This document shows positions 26,728 to 36,994 of a stretch of 64,000 nucleotides of DNA, piece after piece. A program made the translations under genes and the position numbers. A model generated the notes under the pieces. That model searched no databases and was not told where the DNA came from. It saw only the letters and a list, made by a program, of their open reading frames with translations. Source of the DNA: Syntrophobacterales bacterium. Lineage in GTDB: Bacteria > Desulfobacterota > Desulfobaccia > Desulfobaccales > 0-14-0-80-60-11. Each line of letters begins with the position of its first letter. Position 1 is the stretch's first letter. The stretch spans positions 10,295-74,294 of the forward strand of contig JARRKO010000039.1 of assembly GCA_037388025.1 (NCBI GenBank). The letters run 5' to 3'.

Positions 26728-28512
26728 ATGACTCCCTCAGAACCAAAGCAGACCAGTAAAGAAATGGGCAAAATCCCCGACCAGAAAGAACTGGAAAAAG
26801 AGATCAGTGACTACCTGAGCAAAAAATACGGCAGCCGTATCAAGGTAGTTTCCCCATATTGGGTAGCCAAACCTGGGCCGGATAAAAAAGGGAAAGGCAA
26901 AGCAGATAAGCTCAGCCAGATTAATTTCGACCTGAAGCCTGAGGATCTGGAAGCCTATCTCCACGAATATGTTATCAAGCAGGAAGACGCCAAAAGCATT
27001 CTGGCCACCAAGATCTGCACCCACTTCAACCGTATCCGCCATTACCTGGAAAAAGGGCGGGAACCCGAACCCGGGGTCGGGGCCATCAAGAACAACATCA
27101 TCCTCATCGGCCCTACCGGAGTGGGCAAGACCTACCTCATCAAGCTCATCGCCGACAAGATTGGGGTGCCCTTTGTCAAGGGGGACGCCACCAAGTTCAG
27201 CGAAACCGGCTATGTCGGCGGCGACGTGGAGGACCTGGTGCGGGATTTGGTGTACGCCGCGGACGACGACCTGGACATGGCCCAATACGGCATCATTTAC
27301 ATCGATGAAATCGACAAGATTGCCGCTTCAGGAAGCTACTGGGGCCCCGACGTCTCCCGGAGCGGCGTACAGCGGGCCCTCCTAAAACCCATGGAAGAGA
27401 CGGAAGTCGACCTCAAGGTCTCCCATGACCCGGTCTCCCAGATCCAGGCCATCGAGCAGTACCGCCGCACCGGCAAAAAGGAGAAGCGCACTCTCAACAC
27501 CAGACACATTTTGTTCATCGTCAGCGGTGCGTTCAACGGTCTGGAAAGATTCGTCAAGGAGCGCCTGACCAAGCAGGAGATCGGCTTTGGAGCCACCGTG
27601 GCTACCCGGGAAGAGGAGAAGCAGCTCGTCTCCAAGGTAACGGCTGAAGACCTGATCAAATACGGCTTTGAATCGGAATTCGTGGGGCGGCTGCCGGTCA
27701 TCGCGGTGTTGCACGAACTGAGCGCGGACGACCTCTATGAAATTCTCATCAACCCCAATAATCCCATCATCAATAGCAAGAGGCGGGATTTCGGGGCCTA
27801 CGGCATTGACATCAAATTCGAAGACAAGGCTCTGCGTTTGCTGGCTGAACGCGCCGCCCAGGAAAAAACCGGGGCCCGGGGCCTGGTAAGCGTCATTGAG
27901 CGGGTCCTGATCAATTTTGAAAAGCGGCTGCCTTCCACGGATATCCGCGAACTGGTGGTCACCCCTGAAATGGTGACCCAGGCCCAGGAGGAACTGGACC
28001 GGCTCCTCGAGCATCCGGATGCTCCGGAGCTCCGGGAACGCTTTCTGGAAGCCGGTCACAAGGAACGGGAACTCCTGAGGGAGTCGATCTGGCGCCGGGA
28101 ACAGGAACTCTATCACCAGCATCGACTCTCTCTCACCGAGGCCCGGGTGGAAATGCTGGCGGACCTTTATATCCTTTTTGACGGGGATATGAAGGCCGCG
28201 TTTGACGCCATGGGACGCCTATACCAGCAGGTACGCCATTTTGAAGACCGCTTCCAGGAAGAACACCATCTGACCCTGCATTTCGACGCCGAAGCCGTCG
28301 ACCAGATTTTGCAGGAAGCCCTGGACCTGGAAGTTCCGGCCTTAAGCGTCTGCCAGAACCTGGCCAAGGATTTGGAGCACGCCCTGAAATTGGTGCGGGA
28401 CCGCACTTCCCAGGACAACTTTCTCCTCACTAAGGAGGCCATCGAAGACCTGGACGCCTACCTGAACCAGGTGATCCGGGATTACTACCAGAAAACCCTG
28501 TTCCGGGAGTAA
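26728..28512 (+). CDS. ClpX-like AAA+ ATPase lacking the zinc-ribbon N-domain, with a long C-terminal helical extension
   Basis: Walker A GPTGVGKTYL, Walker B IIYIDEIDKI, IGF-loop text EIGFGA, sensor text TGARGL. About 150 extra C-terminal residues. Start set at MTPSEPK (the longer track ORF has antisense-like composition). Confidence 0.75.
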   Translation: MTPSEPKQTSKEMGKIPDQKELEKEISDYLSKKYGSRIKVVSPYWVAKPGPDKKGKGKADKLSQINFDLKPEDLEAYLHEYVIKQEDAKSILATKICTHFNRIRHYLEKGREPEPGVGAIKNNIILIGPTGVGKTYLIKLIADKIGVPFVKGDATKFSETGYVGGDVEDLVRDLVYAADDDLDMAQYGIIYIDEIDKIAASGSYWGPDVSRSGVQRALLKPMEETEVDLKVSHDPVSQIQAIEQYRRTGKKEKRTLNTRHILFIVSGAFNGLERFVKERLTKQEIGFGATVATREEEKQLVSKVTAEDLIKYGFESEFVGRLPVIAVLHELSADDLYEILINPNNPIINSKRRDFGAYGIDIKFEDKALRLLAERAAQEKTGARGLVSVIERVLINFEKRLPSTDIRELVVTPEMVTQAQEELDRLLEHPDAPELRERFLEAGHKERELLRESIWRREQELYHQHRLSLTEARVEMLADLYILFDGDMKAAFDAMGRLYQQVRHFEDRFQEEHHLTLHFDAEAVDQILQEALDLEVPALSVCQNLAKDLEHALKLVRDRTSQDNFLLTKEAIEDLDAYLNQVIRDYYQKTLFRE

Positions 28513-28536
28513 GATGGTTCTTCATAAAATTTTTTA

Positions 28537-28560
28537 CCAAAAACCGAAAACTGAAAACCG
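28537..28560. repeat. Heptad tandem repeat (CCGAAAA type, reverse complement of TTTTCGG)
   Basis: ccaaaaa ccgaaaa ctgaaaa ccg, directly upstream of the radical SAM gene. Confidence 0.8.
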
Positions 28561-28568
28561 TATAACTT

Positions 28569-29747
28569 ATGATCGGCGTTTCCAAACTCTACTGCGGCGC
28601 GGTGGAACCCGGGGATGTGTTGCGCTACCGGCGCCACTCCGGGGAGCTGCCCTCCCATCTTTTGCAATTCTCCGCGGATAAAAAGCCGGTGGTGGTGTGG
28701 AATGTCACCCGCCGCTGCAACCTCAAATGCGTCCACTGCTACGCCCACGCCGACGCCGCGGCCGCGCCTGACGAGCTGACCCACGCTGAAGGCCTGGCCC
28801 TCCTCGACGACCTGAAAACCTTCGGCGTGCCGGTGGTGCTGTTCTCCGGGGGCGAGCCCCTGATGCGTCCGGACCTGTTCGATCTGGTATCCCATACCGT
28901 GACCTCGGGCATGCGCGCCGTGATCTCCACCAACGGCACCCTCATCACCCGGAAGGTGGCTCTGCGCCTCAAGGACCTGGGCCTGTCCTACGTGGGCATC
29001 AGCCTGGACGGCATCGAACCCACCCACGACCGCTTCCGAGGGAAAAAAGGCGCCTTCGCCGCGGCCATGGCCGGGGTGCGCCGCTGCCAGGAAGTGGGCC
29101 TCAAAGTGGGCCTGCGTTTCACCCTGAACCGGTCTAACTTCCAGGAAGTGCCGGCCATCTTCGACCTGGTGGAGAACTACCACATCCCCCGCATCTGCTT
29201 TTACCACCTGGTTTATACCGGCCGGGGCCGCGAGCTTTTGGACCATGCCTTGACCCACGCCGAGACCCGGGAGACCGTAGACCTCATCTGTAGGCGCACC
29301 CAGCGGCTCTTCGAGCGCGGCCAACCTGTGGAGGTCCTCACCGTGGACAACCACGCCGACGGGCCATACATCTATCTGAAATTGCTCAAGGAAAATCCCC
29401 AGCGGGCTGCTGAGGTGCTGGAACTCCTGCAGATGAACGAAGGGAACAACTCGGGCCGGGGCATCGGCTGCGTTAGTTGGGACGGCGCGGTGCACGCCGA
29501 CCAGTTCTGGCGGCACCTTTCTTTCGGCAATGTCCGGGAGAGGCCCTTCAGCGCCATCTGGACCGATCTTTCCAACCCCTTGCTGGCCCAGCTCAAGGAC
29601 AAAAAACGCCACGTCACCGGCCGCTGCCACGATTGCCGCTGGCTCAGCGTGTGTGGCGGCAACTTCCGGGTCCGCGCCGAAGCCCTCACCGGCGACCTCT
29701 GGGCCCCCGACCCCGCCTGCTACCTGACAGACGAAGAAATCAGCTGA
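28569..29747 (+). CDS. Radical SAM/SPASM protein, NirJ/AhbC/AhbD-like
   Basis: CNLKCVHCY (CxxxCxxC) cluster motif. C-terminal Cys-rich SPASM-like region (CHDCRWLSVCGG...C). Confidence 0.85.
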   Translation: MIGVSKLYCGAVEPGDVLRYRRHSGELPSHLLQFSADKKPVVVWNVTRRCNLKCVHCYAHADAAAAPDELTHAEGLALLDDLKTFGVPVVLFSGGEPLMRPDLFDLVSHTVTSGMRAVISTNGTLITRKVALRLKDLGLSYVGISLDGIEPTHDRFRGKKGAFAAAMAGVRRCQEVGLKVGLRFTLNRSNFQEVPAIFDLVENYHIPRICFYHLVYTGRGRELLDHALTHAETRETVDLICRRTQRLFERGQPVEVLTVDNHADGPYIYLKLLKENPQRAAEVLELLQMNEGNNSGRGIGCVSWDGAVHADQFWRHLSFGNVRERPFSAIWTDLSNPLLAQLKDKKRHVTGRCHDCRWLSVCGGNFRVRAEALTGDLWAPDPACYLTDEEIS

Positions 29748-30058
29748 AGCGCCTTGGCGAATTTTTTTAAAGGCGCTTTGACTGAGCAATTTCAAAGAAA
29801 CTTTAATAGACCTCATATACCTCGAATTGCGGATATAGTAGAAGTATCGTTTAACTTATGCTTCTTTAGTATAAAACAAAAAGGCAGGGCCATATGACTC
29901 TGCCGATATGTTTCCCTAATAGAAAAGTCCTTTAGGTCCTTCCCAAATTTCGTTTTTATGTTGTAAGGATAATGTCAGATTGAACTTTAATTTTAAGGAC
30001 GAGTTCTAAGTTATGCAAAAACTAAGAGGACACCACTGAGGCCATGCCCAACTAACAA

Positions 30059-30424
30059 TTATTTTTGATCCGCTTCAAACACCAAGGTTAAAATTTTCCA
30101 ACCCTGATCAGTTTTTACAAAAGTAAAGATGTCTGTTCCTGTGGTGGAAGCGTTGCCCTTATGCAGCTCCCAACGGACCAAGGCGTTGGCGATCCGCCCT
30201 CGCACCTCTATGGAAGTTTGCGTTGGTTTCTCAGACATGGGCTTTGTTGTTGAGATATGGGCCTTTTTCTGTATGGCGATGAAATTTTCGAGCCGAAAAT
30301 GGTGCGGATCACCTGGACCGTCAATAAAATAAATTGAGGCTTTGGGATGAAAACATTTCTGGTAAGCCTGCATGTCAGGCTTAGACCATGACGAGAAATA
30401 ATCCGATATCAGTTTGTCAAGCAA
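30059..30424 (-). CDS. NTF2-like (SnoaL/DUF4440-type) protein, 5' end unclear
   Basis: 121 aa from a TTG start. The in-frame upstream codons encode a lipobox-like LCLFLSIGCSS but are bounded by TAA with no ATG/GTG/TTG. Confidence 0.5.
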   Translation of the reverse strand: MLDKLISDYFSSWSKPDMQAYQKCFHPKASIYFIDGPGDPHHFRLENFIAIQKKAHISTTKPMSEKPTQTSIEVRGRIANALVRWELHKGNASTTGTDIFTFVKTDQGWKILTLVFEADQK

Positions 30425-30763
30425 CTGTTCATCGGAAATAGCCCCATGAATACCTGAGGAGCATCCAATAGAGAGGAACAGACATAAAATTTATTTAAAA
30501 ATAACGATTTGTCAATGACTAGGTTCCTCACGCTGTAATCTGGGGGAAGTTTTAAAGGGGACTCGATGGGCAATATCCTGCCCCTAGCAACAACGCCCAT
30601 CTTCTCAGGCGAAAAACAGAAAAGGGACGCCTTCTGGAGGTTATTGGGACCTTCGTTTACCCCAAGGGCGGATAGAGAGCAGTTGTATGTCCCTGCGTTT
30701 GATGGTAAGGAAAAAGGGGCAAGGGGCCGCTCCCTCATACCTTAGCCAAGCCAGGGATGCGTT

Positions 30764-31432
30764 ATGAAAAGGATTAAGCCACATGTGCTGGTTTTTGCTT
30801 CCGGGACCAAAACCGGTGGCGGCTCCGGATTTGAGAACATGGTAAGGGCTTCCCGGACCAGACCTCCCCTTTTGGACGCCTGGATTTGTGCGGTTATCAC
30901 CAATCATGTGGACGGCGGGGTGTGGCATAAGGCCCAAGCTCTCGGGATACGTTCCGAATACTGGGCTGGCCCCTATACAGCCAAGGGCTACCAAAACCTG
31001 GTCAAATATTTCGCCGCTGATTACGTCATGCTCTCCGGCTGGCTGAAACTGGTGTCAGGCCTTGACCCGGCGCGGACCATTAATATCCATCCCGGTCCTT
31101 TGCCCCGCTTCGGGGGACCGAATCTTTATGGACACCACGTGCACGACGCGGTGATAGCCGCGTATCAGCGGGGGGAAATCACCCACACCGCGGTCACCAT
31201 GCATTTTGTGGATGAGGTATATGACCGGGGCCCGATCTTTTTCGCCCACCCCATTCCCATTGAGCCGAGCGATACACCGGAAACCCTGGCTGCCAGGGTC
31301 AATCTGATTGAACATGAATGGCAACCCCGGGTTCTCAACTATATCGTGCACGAACAGGTGCGGTTGGTGGGCAACGAAGTGGTCTATGAGACGGAAGACC
31401 TGAAGCGTCTGCTGAGGCCGCAAATGGAGTAA
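30764..31432 (+). CDS. Formyltransferase family protein (PurN-like)
   Basis: 222 aa. INIHPGPLP and HH..D text of the formyl_trans_N fold. Confidence 0.7.
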   Translation: MKRIKPHVLVFASGTKTGGGSGFENMVRASRTRPPLLDAWICAVITNHVDGGVWHKAQALGIRSEYWAGPYTAKGYQNLVKYFAADYVMLSGWLKLVSGLDPARTINIHPGPLPRFGGPNLYGHHVHDAVIAAYQRGEITHTAVTMHFVDEVYDRGPIFFAHPIPIEPSDTPETLAARVNLIEHEWQPRVLNYIVHEQVRLVGNEVVYETEDLKRLLRPQME

Positions 31433-31859
31433 ATCACCAACTTGACAGACGAGAAAATCCCCTGAAAGACCCCCCTCATAATTTTTCCCCGCTGCTAGGC
31501 CGCTTTTGCCGCAGGCGTGTTGGAAATTTCGAAAAGCCGCGACAAAAGTAAAACCGCTCCCCTACCTCTAGTCAACGCAGGCCAGGGCCCTGGAATTCTT
31601 AGGAGTCGCGCCAACTGGGTGAGCTACTGGTCCAGGGCCTCCTGGAGTTGTCGATAAGTTCCCATAAGGTTCTCCTGGGACTGGGCCCCAAAAAAACTTC
31701 TGCCTGGGTTCTGGACAGAAGTCATCTGCCCCGCCTGGGGAAAGCGGCGCGGTTATGGCGGACTTCATCGCCCACCCGGCTCCCGGCTAGGTCCGGAAAC
31801 CGGATGGGATTTGATAAAGAACCCCCAGGCTCTTGGGGCCTTGAATGAAAAAAACTCAG

Positions 31860-33644
31860 TTAGAACAGCCCGTATGGTTTGCCGGTCTTGAGATTCACCT
31901 CCACCTTCCGGAAGGCCGGGTTGGAGCTGGTGCCGGGCATCAGGCTGATGGTGCCGGTACAGGGGCAGATGTATTTGGCGCCGCTGTACAGCAGAAAGTC
32001 CCGGACCGCTAACTGCCAACCCTTGGGCGCGCCCTTCACCGTGGGATCATGAGTGAGTGACAGGTGCGTCTTCACCATCATCACATGATAATCTCGGAAC
32101 TTGGGATCGGCTTCGAAGCCCTTGGCCTTGGCCTCGGCCTCGGGCGTATAGACCACCCCGTCGGCGCCGTAGACTTCCCGGGCGATGGTTTCAATCTTTT
32201 GACGGAGCGGCATCTCCGTGGGGTAGAGGAACTTGAAGTCCACCTTCTCCTTGCAGGCGTCCATCACCGCGTCCGCCAGCTCCATGCCGCCCTCGCCGCC
32301 ATAGCGCCAGTAGTTGCCCTCCGCGGCCCGGACCCCTTCGGCATCGGCACACCGTTTGACCATCTCGATCTCTTCATCGGTGTCGGTGGGGAAGCGGTTG
32401 ATGGAAACCACCGGCTTGATCCCTGATTTCTTGACGATGTTGATGTTTTGGACCAGGTTCTTGAGGCCGTCCTCCAGCCAGGCCAGGGTCTGGGGAGTGG
32501 ACTTATAGTATTCCTCGGGGATGGGTTTCCCCGGCCGGACGGGCAAGGCCCCGGCGTTGACCCCGTGGTGCTTCAAGGCCCGCACCGAGGAGGTGAGCAC
32601 CGCCACATTGGGTTTGAGGCCGCTCTCCCGGCACTTGATGTTCCAGAACTTCTCGAAGCCCAGGTCGCAGCCGAAACCGGACTCGGTGCAATGGTAGTCA
32701 AAGAGCTTCAGGCCGATCTGGTCGGCAACGATGGTGGATTGGGCCACGGCGATGTTGCCGAAGGGCCCGGCGTGCACGAAGACCGGCTGCAATTCCACGG
32801 TGGCGCACAGGGTGGGGTTGATGGAGGGCAGCATAAAGGCAGTCATGGCCCCGGCGCACTCCAGGTCCTCGGTGGTGACGGGGTTGCCCTTCTTGTCATA
32901 GGCCACGGTGATCTCCCCCAACCGTTTGCGCAGATTCGGCAGGTCGCTGAACATGGAGAGGATGGCCATCACTTCCGAGGCCACCGCGATGACAAAGCCG
33001 GAGTCCATCATATAGCCGTCCATCTTGGTGCCCCGGCCGATGGTGATGTTGCGCAGGGACTGGGCGCAGAAGTCCATGCACCACTTAAATTCTACTCGTC
33101 TGGGATCAATGTTCAGCCGCTTGAGGGGTATCTTGGCCAGCTGCTCGTCGTCGTAATTGAATTCATGTTGCAGCCGGGAGGTTAAAGCCGTCATGGCCAT
33201 GTTATTGGCATTCATGACATTGTTGATGTCCCCGGTGAGGCCCAGGGAGAAGTCGCTCATGGGAATCAAGAGCGCGATGCCGCTGCCCGCGGCGGTGCCC
33301 TTGATGTTCATGGTGGGCCCGCCCGAGGGCTGGCGGATGCAGCCACCCACATTCATACCCCGCGCCCCCAGGCCTTCAATCAGGCCCATGGTGGTCACGG
33401 TCTTACCTTCCCCCAGGGGAGTAGGGGTGATGGCGGTGATGTCGATGTAATAACCGTCCGCCTTGTCCTTCAAGCGCTCCTTGACGGCCATGTAGTCCAC
33501 CCGGCCGATTTTGCGTCCCATCGGGATGCGCTCTTCGGGCAAGATGCCGATCTTGTCGCATTGTCGGTTAAAATCCAGTTCCTCTTCCGCGAGCTCTCCA
33601 ATCTGCCAGTCTTCCTGTTTAGTGGGATCATACTTCGCCATCAT
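31860..33644 (-). CDS. fhs: Formate--tetrahydrofolate ligase
   Basis: 594 aa. [10 protein letters not shown]-loop text and full-length FTHFS-like sequence. Confidence 0.92.
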   Translation of the reverse strand: MMAKYDPTKQEDWQIGELAEEELDFNRQCDKIGILPEERIPMGRKIGRVDYMAVKERLKDKADGYYIDITAITPTPLGEGKTVTTMGLIEGLGARGMNVGGCIRQPSGGPTMNIKGTAAGSGIALLIPMSDFSLGLTGDINNVMNANNMAMTALTSRLQHEFNYDDEQLAKIPLKRLNIDPRRVEFKWCMDFCAQSLRNITIGRGTKMDGYMMDSGFVIAVASEVMAILSMFSDLPNLRKRLGEITVAYDKKGNPVTTEDLECAGAMTAFMLPSINPTLCATVELQPVFVHAGPFGNIAVAQSTIVADQIGLKLFDYHCTESGFGCDLGFEKFWNIKCRESGLKPNVAVLTSSVRALKHHGVNAGALPVRPGKPIPEEYYKSTPQTLAWLEDGLKNLVQNINIVKKSGIKPVVSINRFPTDTDEEIEMVKRCADAEGVRAAEGNYWRYGGEGGMELADAVMDACKEKVDFKFLYPTEMPLRQKIETIAREVYGADGVVYTPEAEAKAKGFEADPKFRDYHVMMVKTHLSLTHDPTVKGAPKGWQLAVRDFLLYSGAKYICPCTGTISLMPGTSSNPAFRKVEVNLKTGKPYGLF

Positions 33645-33731
33645 TCCGTCCCTCCTTCATAGTTTAAGAATAAATTCACATTGCCAGGCATACTTCAGCT
33701 TCTGTTACATCTCACATCAATGTTCGCTTCT

Positions 33732-33950
33732 TCAGGTCCTTTCTAGTTTGTTTAACATCGTTACACAGTAAGACTCCCAATCCTTCCACATCACTTCTTC
33801 TATTTCGCCTCTTTCAAACGCCCACCTGGACGCCTCATCGATAATTGGGTCTGTGCCGCCTGCTGAAAGCTGATACATTCTTTGGATCTCATTGATCGCA
33901 GCACGATAGACAGCCTTTTTGGTCAGGCGGAGCTCTATAACCTTGCCCAT
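33732..33950 (-). CDS. Hypothetical small protein
   Basis: 72-aa ORF in an AT-richer islet with an AGGAAAGGGG SD-like sequence upstream. Confidence 0.4.
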   Translation of the reverse strand: MGKVIELRLTKKAVYRAAINEIQRMYQLSAGGTDPIIDEASRWAFERGEIEEVMWKDWESYCVTMLNKLERT

Positions 33951-34074
33951 GGTTAGACCCCTTTCCTGGTCTTCTGAAAAGGTATTGGCATTTTCTCTTT
34001 TCGAGGTTTACGGTGTTCATCGGCAAATCTCCAACTCCGGCAATCGTGATTTCTTATAAACCGTCCCTTGGATG

Positions 34075-34359
34075 TTAGGGCACGATTTCCCAATGAATGG
34101 CAAAGGTATTATCATAGAGGGTATAGGTAAATCCCATCACCTTGCCTGTGCCTGGTGACCCTCCTTCCTGGATTTTCCAGTAAGACAAGAAAACAGCGGG
34201 AATCAAACGGGGATGCCCGGTCTGGGGGTCATCGGCGATGGTTTGCCATACTTCTCTTTTCTCCATTACCCGCCAAAGGGTGCCGTATTTTTTGCTGCGC
34301 ACTGTCTGCCCCACTTCGGGCAACCCTTTTTCCCGGATGATTTCTTCAAACGCTTTCAT
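34075..34359 (-). CDS. Hypothetical small protein
   Basis: 94-aa ORF with a strong GAGGAGGGA SD upstream of the ATG. Confidence 0.5.
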   Translation of the reverse strand: MKAFEEIIREKGLPEVGQTVRSKKYGTLWRVMEKREVWQTIADDPQTGHPRLIPAVFLSYWKIQEGGSPGTGKVMGFTYTLYDNTFAIHWEIVP

Positions 34360-34735
34360 GGCGTTCCCTCCTCTCCGCAGTGAGTCCTGCGGAAATTAGC
34401 GGAGTGGCACAGGTCGAATTCGACGGTGCAGCTATCAGCGGTCAGTCTCGGTTTTCAGTTGAAAAAAGCTCGGGATTATTCAAACAGGAACTTTATAATG
34501 GTTCCTAATCTGTGCTTGGGAACCCTTTATCAGCCAGCCTTACCTTGACCCAAGGGCAACTTGGGAGGAGGGGAAAAATTATAGACCTCAAATTGCTGAT
34601 ATAGAGCAGATATTGAACTCATGGTCAATCTGGATCCAACACGCCGTACTTAAGTGCCTGAAGGGTTGTAGTTAAATGAAGTCCGGAGTACTATACTCAC
34701 AATCCTAACTCGAGATAAAGGAGATAGATGATTTG

Positions 34736-35191
34736 ATGAAGTCAGGAAAATTATTGTTGTTGCTGGTTTTGGGCCTGGGGTTGAGTCTGGGTCTGGCGGC
34801 GTCCGTCTGGGCTCAGCCCATGGTTAAGGGCATGGGCCCCAGTCTCGGGATGATGAATCTGACCCCGGATCAGGCGGCCAAGATTTTCGACCTCAGGGAA
34901 AAGATGTATGCCGATACCGTCGGTTTGCGCAAACAGGGGGTTATCAAGCATGCGGAACTGGCGGCCTTGTTGAGGGCGAAGAAGCCTGATCAAAACGCCA
35001 TCCAGGCCAAGCAGAAGGAGTTGGAGGCCCTGGCAGTCCAGATGCAGAAGAAGATAACTGCCTTCCAATTGGAAGCTAAGAAGATCGCCCCTGATTTCGA
35101 TATGGGCATGGGAATGGGTATGGTTCCCGGATATGGGACGGGCATGGGCAAGTGCCCCGCTGCTGGACCGCCGCCTCCTCCTGCCAAATAA
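34736..35191 (+). CDS. Periplasmic Spy/CpxP/ZraP-family (heavy-metal/envelope stress) protein
   Basis: Signal peptide (..AASVWA), LTPDQ..K...LR repeat text, Met/Gly-rich tail MGMGMGMVPGYGTGMG. AAGGAG SD. ATG at 34736 preferred over TTG at 34733. Confidence 0.65.
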   Translation: MKSGKLLLLLVLGLGLSLGLAASVWAQPMVKGMGPSLGMMNLTPDQAAKIFDLREKMYADTVGLRKQGVIKHAELAALLRAKKPDQNAIQAKQKELEALAVQMQKKITAFQLEAKKIAPDFDMGMGMGMVPGYGTGMGKCPAAGPPPPPAK

Positions 35192-35510
35192 GGCTGCTTA
35201 ACCACTCCGGAGCTGGAGGACCGGACCGGCCCTTCAGTATTATGCAGGCCGGGGCAGAGCCTTCGATCCTGGCCTGATTTTTGCCCGAGGCAGATAAAAC
35301 AAAAACCCGGAATGCCCGATTGTCTGGCACTCCTGTGGAAACATGATAAACCTTACGGCATTTTGTAGAAAGGAATCTCCTGTGTGCCAAGTCAATTGCC
35401 GAGGTGGTGTGGTATCCGGTTAGAATCCATGGCAGTCTCCTATTCGTGGTTCCCTGCAAGGTGGGACCGCCGCATATCTTGCTACTAGCAACAATTCGCC
35501 CCTTCTTAAG

Positions 35511-35544
35511 CGGAAAACAATAAAGGGCGCTCGGGCGCCCTCTT
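35511..35544 (-). terminator. Intrinsic terminator downstream of the cold-shock gene
   Basis: On the minus strand GGGCGC-ccga-GCGCCC followed by TTTATTGTTTTCC. Confidence 0.6.
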
Positions 35545-35577
35545 ACTAAAGAATATCTGGGTTGCTGGAAAGCCGGT

Positions 35578-35781
35578 TTACACCTTCTCGACGTTCACCG
35601 CCTGGAGGCCCTTGGGGCCTTCGTTGATCTCGAACTCCACTTCATCGTTTTCTTTCAGAGTCCGAAAACCTTTCCCCAAAATGCTGGTGTAGTGCACAAA
35701 GACGTCATTGCCATCGTCCTGCTGGATGAAGCCGTAGCCCTTGGATTCATTGAACCACTTGACTTTGCCGGTGACGCGCAT
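35578..35781 (-). CDS. Cold-shock protein (CspA family)
   Basis: [12 protein letters not shown] (RNP1) and VFVHY (RNP2). GGAGGAGG SD before ATG at 35781. Confidence 0.92.
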   Translation of the reverse strand: MRVTGKVKWFNESKGYGFIQQDDGNDVFVHYTSILGKGFRTLKENDEVEFEINEGPKGLQAVNVEKV

Positions 35782-35877
35782 AACTCCTCCTCCCAAAATA
35801 TTCCTTCCAAGGCGGCTTCCCCCGAGGTGCAGGCCATAAAATATGGGCGGCCTTTTTGGTTCTTTTGGTAACTTGCC

Positions 35878-36843
35878 TTAATCTTGTCCTAACAATAGGC
35901 GCAGGTGGTCCTCCACGCAGTCCGCCAGGACGGTGAGGTTGTAGCCCCCTTCCAGGACACTAATGAGGCGGCCGTCAGCGCTTTCCTGGGCCAGGTTCAG
36001 GAGCATTTCTCCCATTTGCTTGTACGCGCCCCGGGTCAGGTTCTGATGGGCCAGGGGATCATCCTCATGGGCATCAAAGCCCGCGGAAATCAAAACAAAT
36101 TGCGGGGCAAACTTTCGGAGGCGGGGCAGGGCCTCCTGCTCCAGGGCCTTGAGATAGGCCTCGTCGCCGGCGCCCCCGGGCATGGGGAGGTTCAGGGTGA
36201 AACCCTTGCCGGGGCCCTTGCCCTCTTCCTGGCGGTGGCCGGTGCCGGGATAGCAGGTGTCCGGGTCTTCATGGAGAGACAGATAGAACACCCGGGGGTC
36301 CGATTCGAACATATGCTGGGTGCCGTTGCCGTGGTGCACGTCCCAATCGATGATGGCCACCCTTTCCAGGCCGTATTTTTCCAGGATATAGACCGCGCCC
36401 AAGGCGATGTTGTTGAAGTAACAAAAGCCCAGAGCCCGGTTGTGTTCGGCGTGGTGGCCCGGCGGCCGCACCGCACAAAAGGCGTTTTGCACCATGCCGC
36501 TCATGACATTTTCCACGGCCGCAAACACCCCGCCCACCGCCAGCAAGGCGATATAATACGACTCCGGGCAGATACCGCAGTCGGGCACCCCGAAGATGGT
36601 GTAGCCTTTCTCACACGCGGTTTGGAACCGTTTGATGTAATCCGGGTCATGGAGCCGCTCGACCCAGGGCACCGGAGCCTGGTAAGGGCGGATGAGAATC
36701 AGTTCCTCCATCAGGCCGGTGTCGTTGAGGCGCTGCATGATGGCCTCCAGGCGGGCGGGGCGCTCCGGGTGCCAGTCCCCGGGGCGATGCCGCAGGTATT
36801 GTTCATCATAGACCAGACCGGTGTTACGTCGCATGCAAATCAA
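35878..36843 (-). CDS. Histone deacetylase-family amidohydrolase
   Basis: RPPGHHA, DWDVHHGNGTQ and GGY text. Confidence 0.85.
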   Translation of the reverse strand: MICMRRNTGLVYDEQYLRHRPGDWHPERPARLEAIMQRLNDTGLMEELILIRPYQAPVPWVERLHDPDYIKRFQTACEKGYTIFGVPDCGICPESYYIALLAVGGVFAAVENVMSGMVQNAFCAVRPPGHHAEHNRALGFCYFNNIALGAVYILEKYGLERVAIIDWDVHHGNGTQHMFESDPRVFYLSLHEDPDTCYPGTGHRQEEGKGPGKGFTLNLPMPGGAGDEAYLKALEQEALPRLRKFAPQFVLISAGFDAHEDDPLAHQNLTRGAYKQMGEMLLNLAQESADGRLISVLEGGYNLTVLADCVEDHLRLLLGQD

Positions 36844-36994
36844 CCTCCACTTCCACTTCCACCGCCCGCCTGCAGGGCGATGCTAACCTATCGCAAATCC
36901 TTTATCCCGTCAAAGAAATATTAAAGGGAGGGTATTTTAACTGCAGCCCTCCCCCGGTGGCACTCTTTTTGATAAAGTAGTTTAATATCGAGGC

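Noticed and set aside
28485-29816. 443-aa ORF antisense to the radical SAM gene. Similar long antisense ORFs lie at 23631-24920 (vs hflX), 2417-3541 (vs RND pump), 50498-51589 (vs nuoF), 39078-40070 (vs AKR), 35905-36924 (vs HDAC), 13632-14414, 8486-9172 and 12433-13122.
   Set aside because: High-GC genomes generate long stop-free antisense frames. These translations are Gly/His/Gln/Pro/Arg-rich with no motifs. The opposite strand in each case carries unmistakable family signatures.
29807-29838. Shared motif ATAGACCTCA...AATTGC(G/T)GATATAG with 34581-34604, considered as att sites or a common operator of the two AT-rich islets.
   Set aside because: The match is 23 of 24 bases with a 9-nt gap. 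My rough estimate of chance expectation across all position pairs in 64 kb is of order 0.1-1, so it is not significant without more copies.
30425-30763. Looked for ZTP (pfl) or THF riboswitches upstream of the PurN-like gene and fhs (33645-33731), since these often precede folate/purine genes.
   Set aside because: The conserved cores as I remember them are not present (a GGGUCGUGACUGGCG-like 5' core with a CCGCCUGGGCA 3' pseudoknot partner for ZTP; the THF junction motifs).
31433-31859. 428-nt gap after the PurN-like gene with 66-aa ORFs on both strands. A possible frameshifted small gene lies around the T7 run near 31690.
   Set aside because: No SD, no motifs and GC-rich shadow-like composition. 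I could not support a gene or a structured RNA by eye.
34405-34425. TGGCAC at about 34411 as a sigma54 -24 element for the ZraP-like gene (zraP is sigma54-dependent in E. coli).
   Set aside because: The -12 TTGC element is absent at the required spacing (GG-N10-GC), and the site is more than 300 nt from the start codon.
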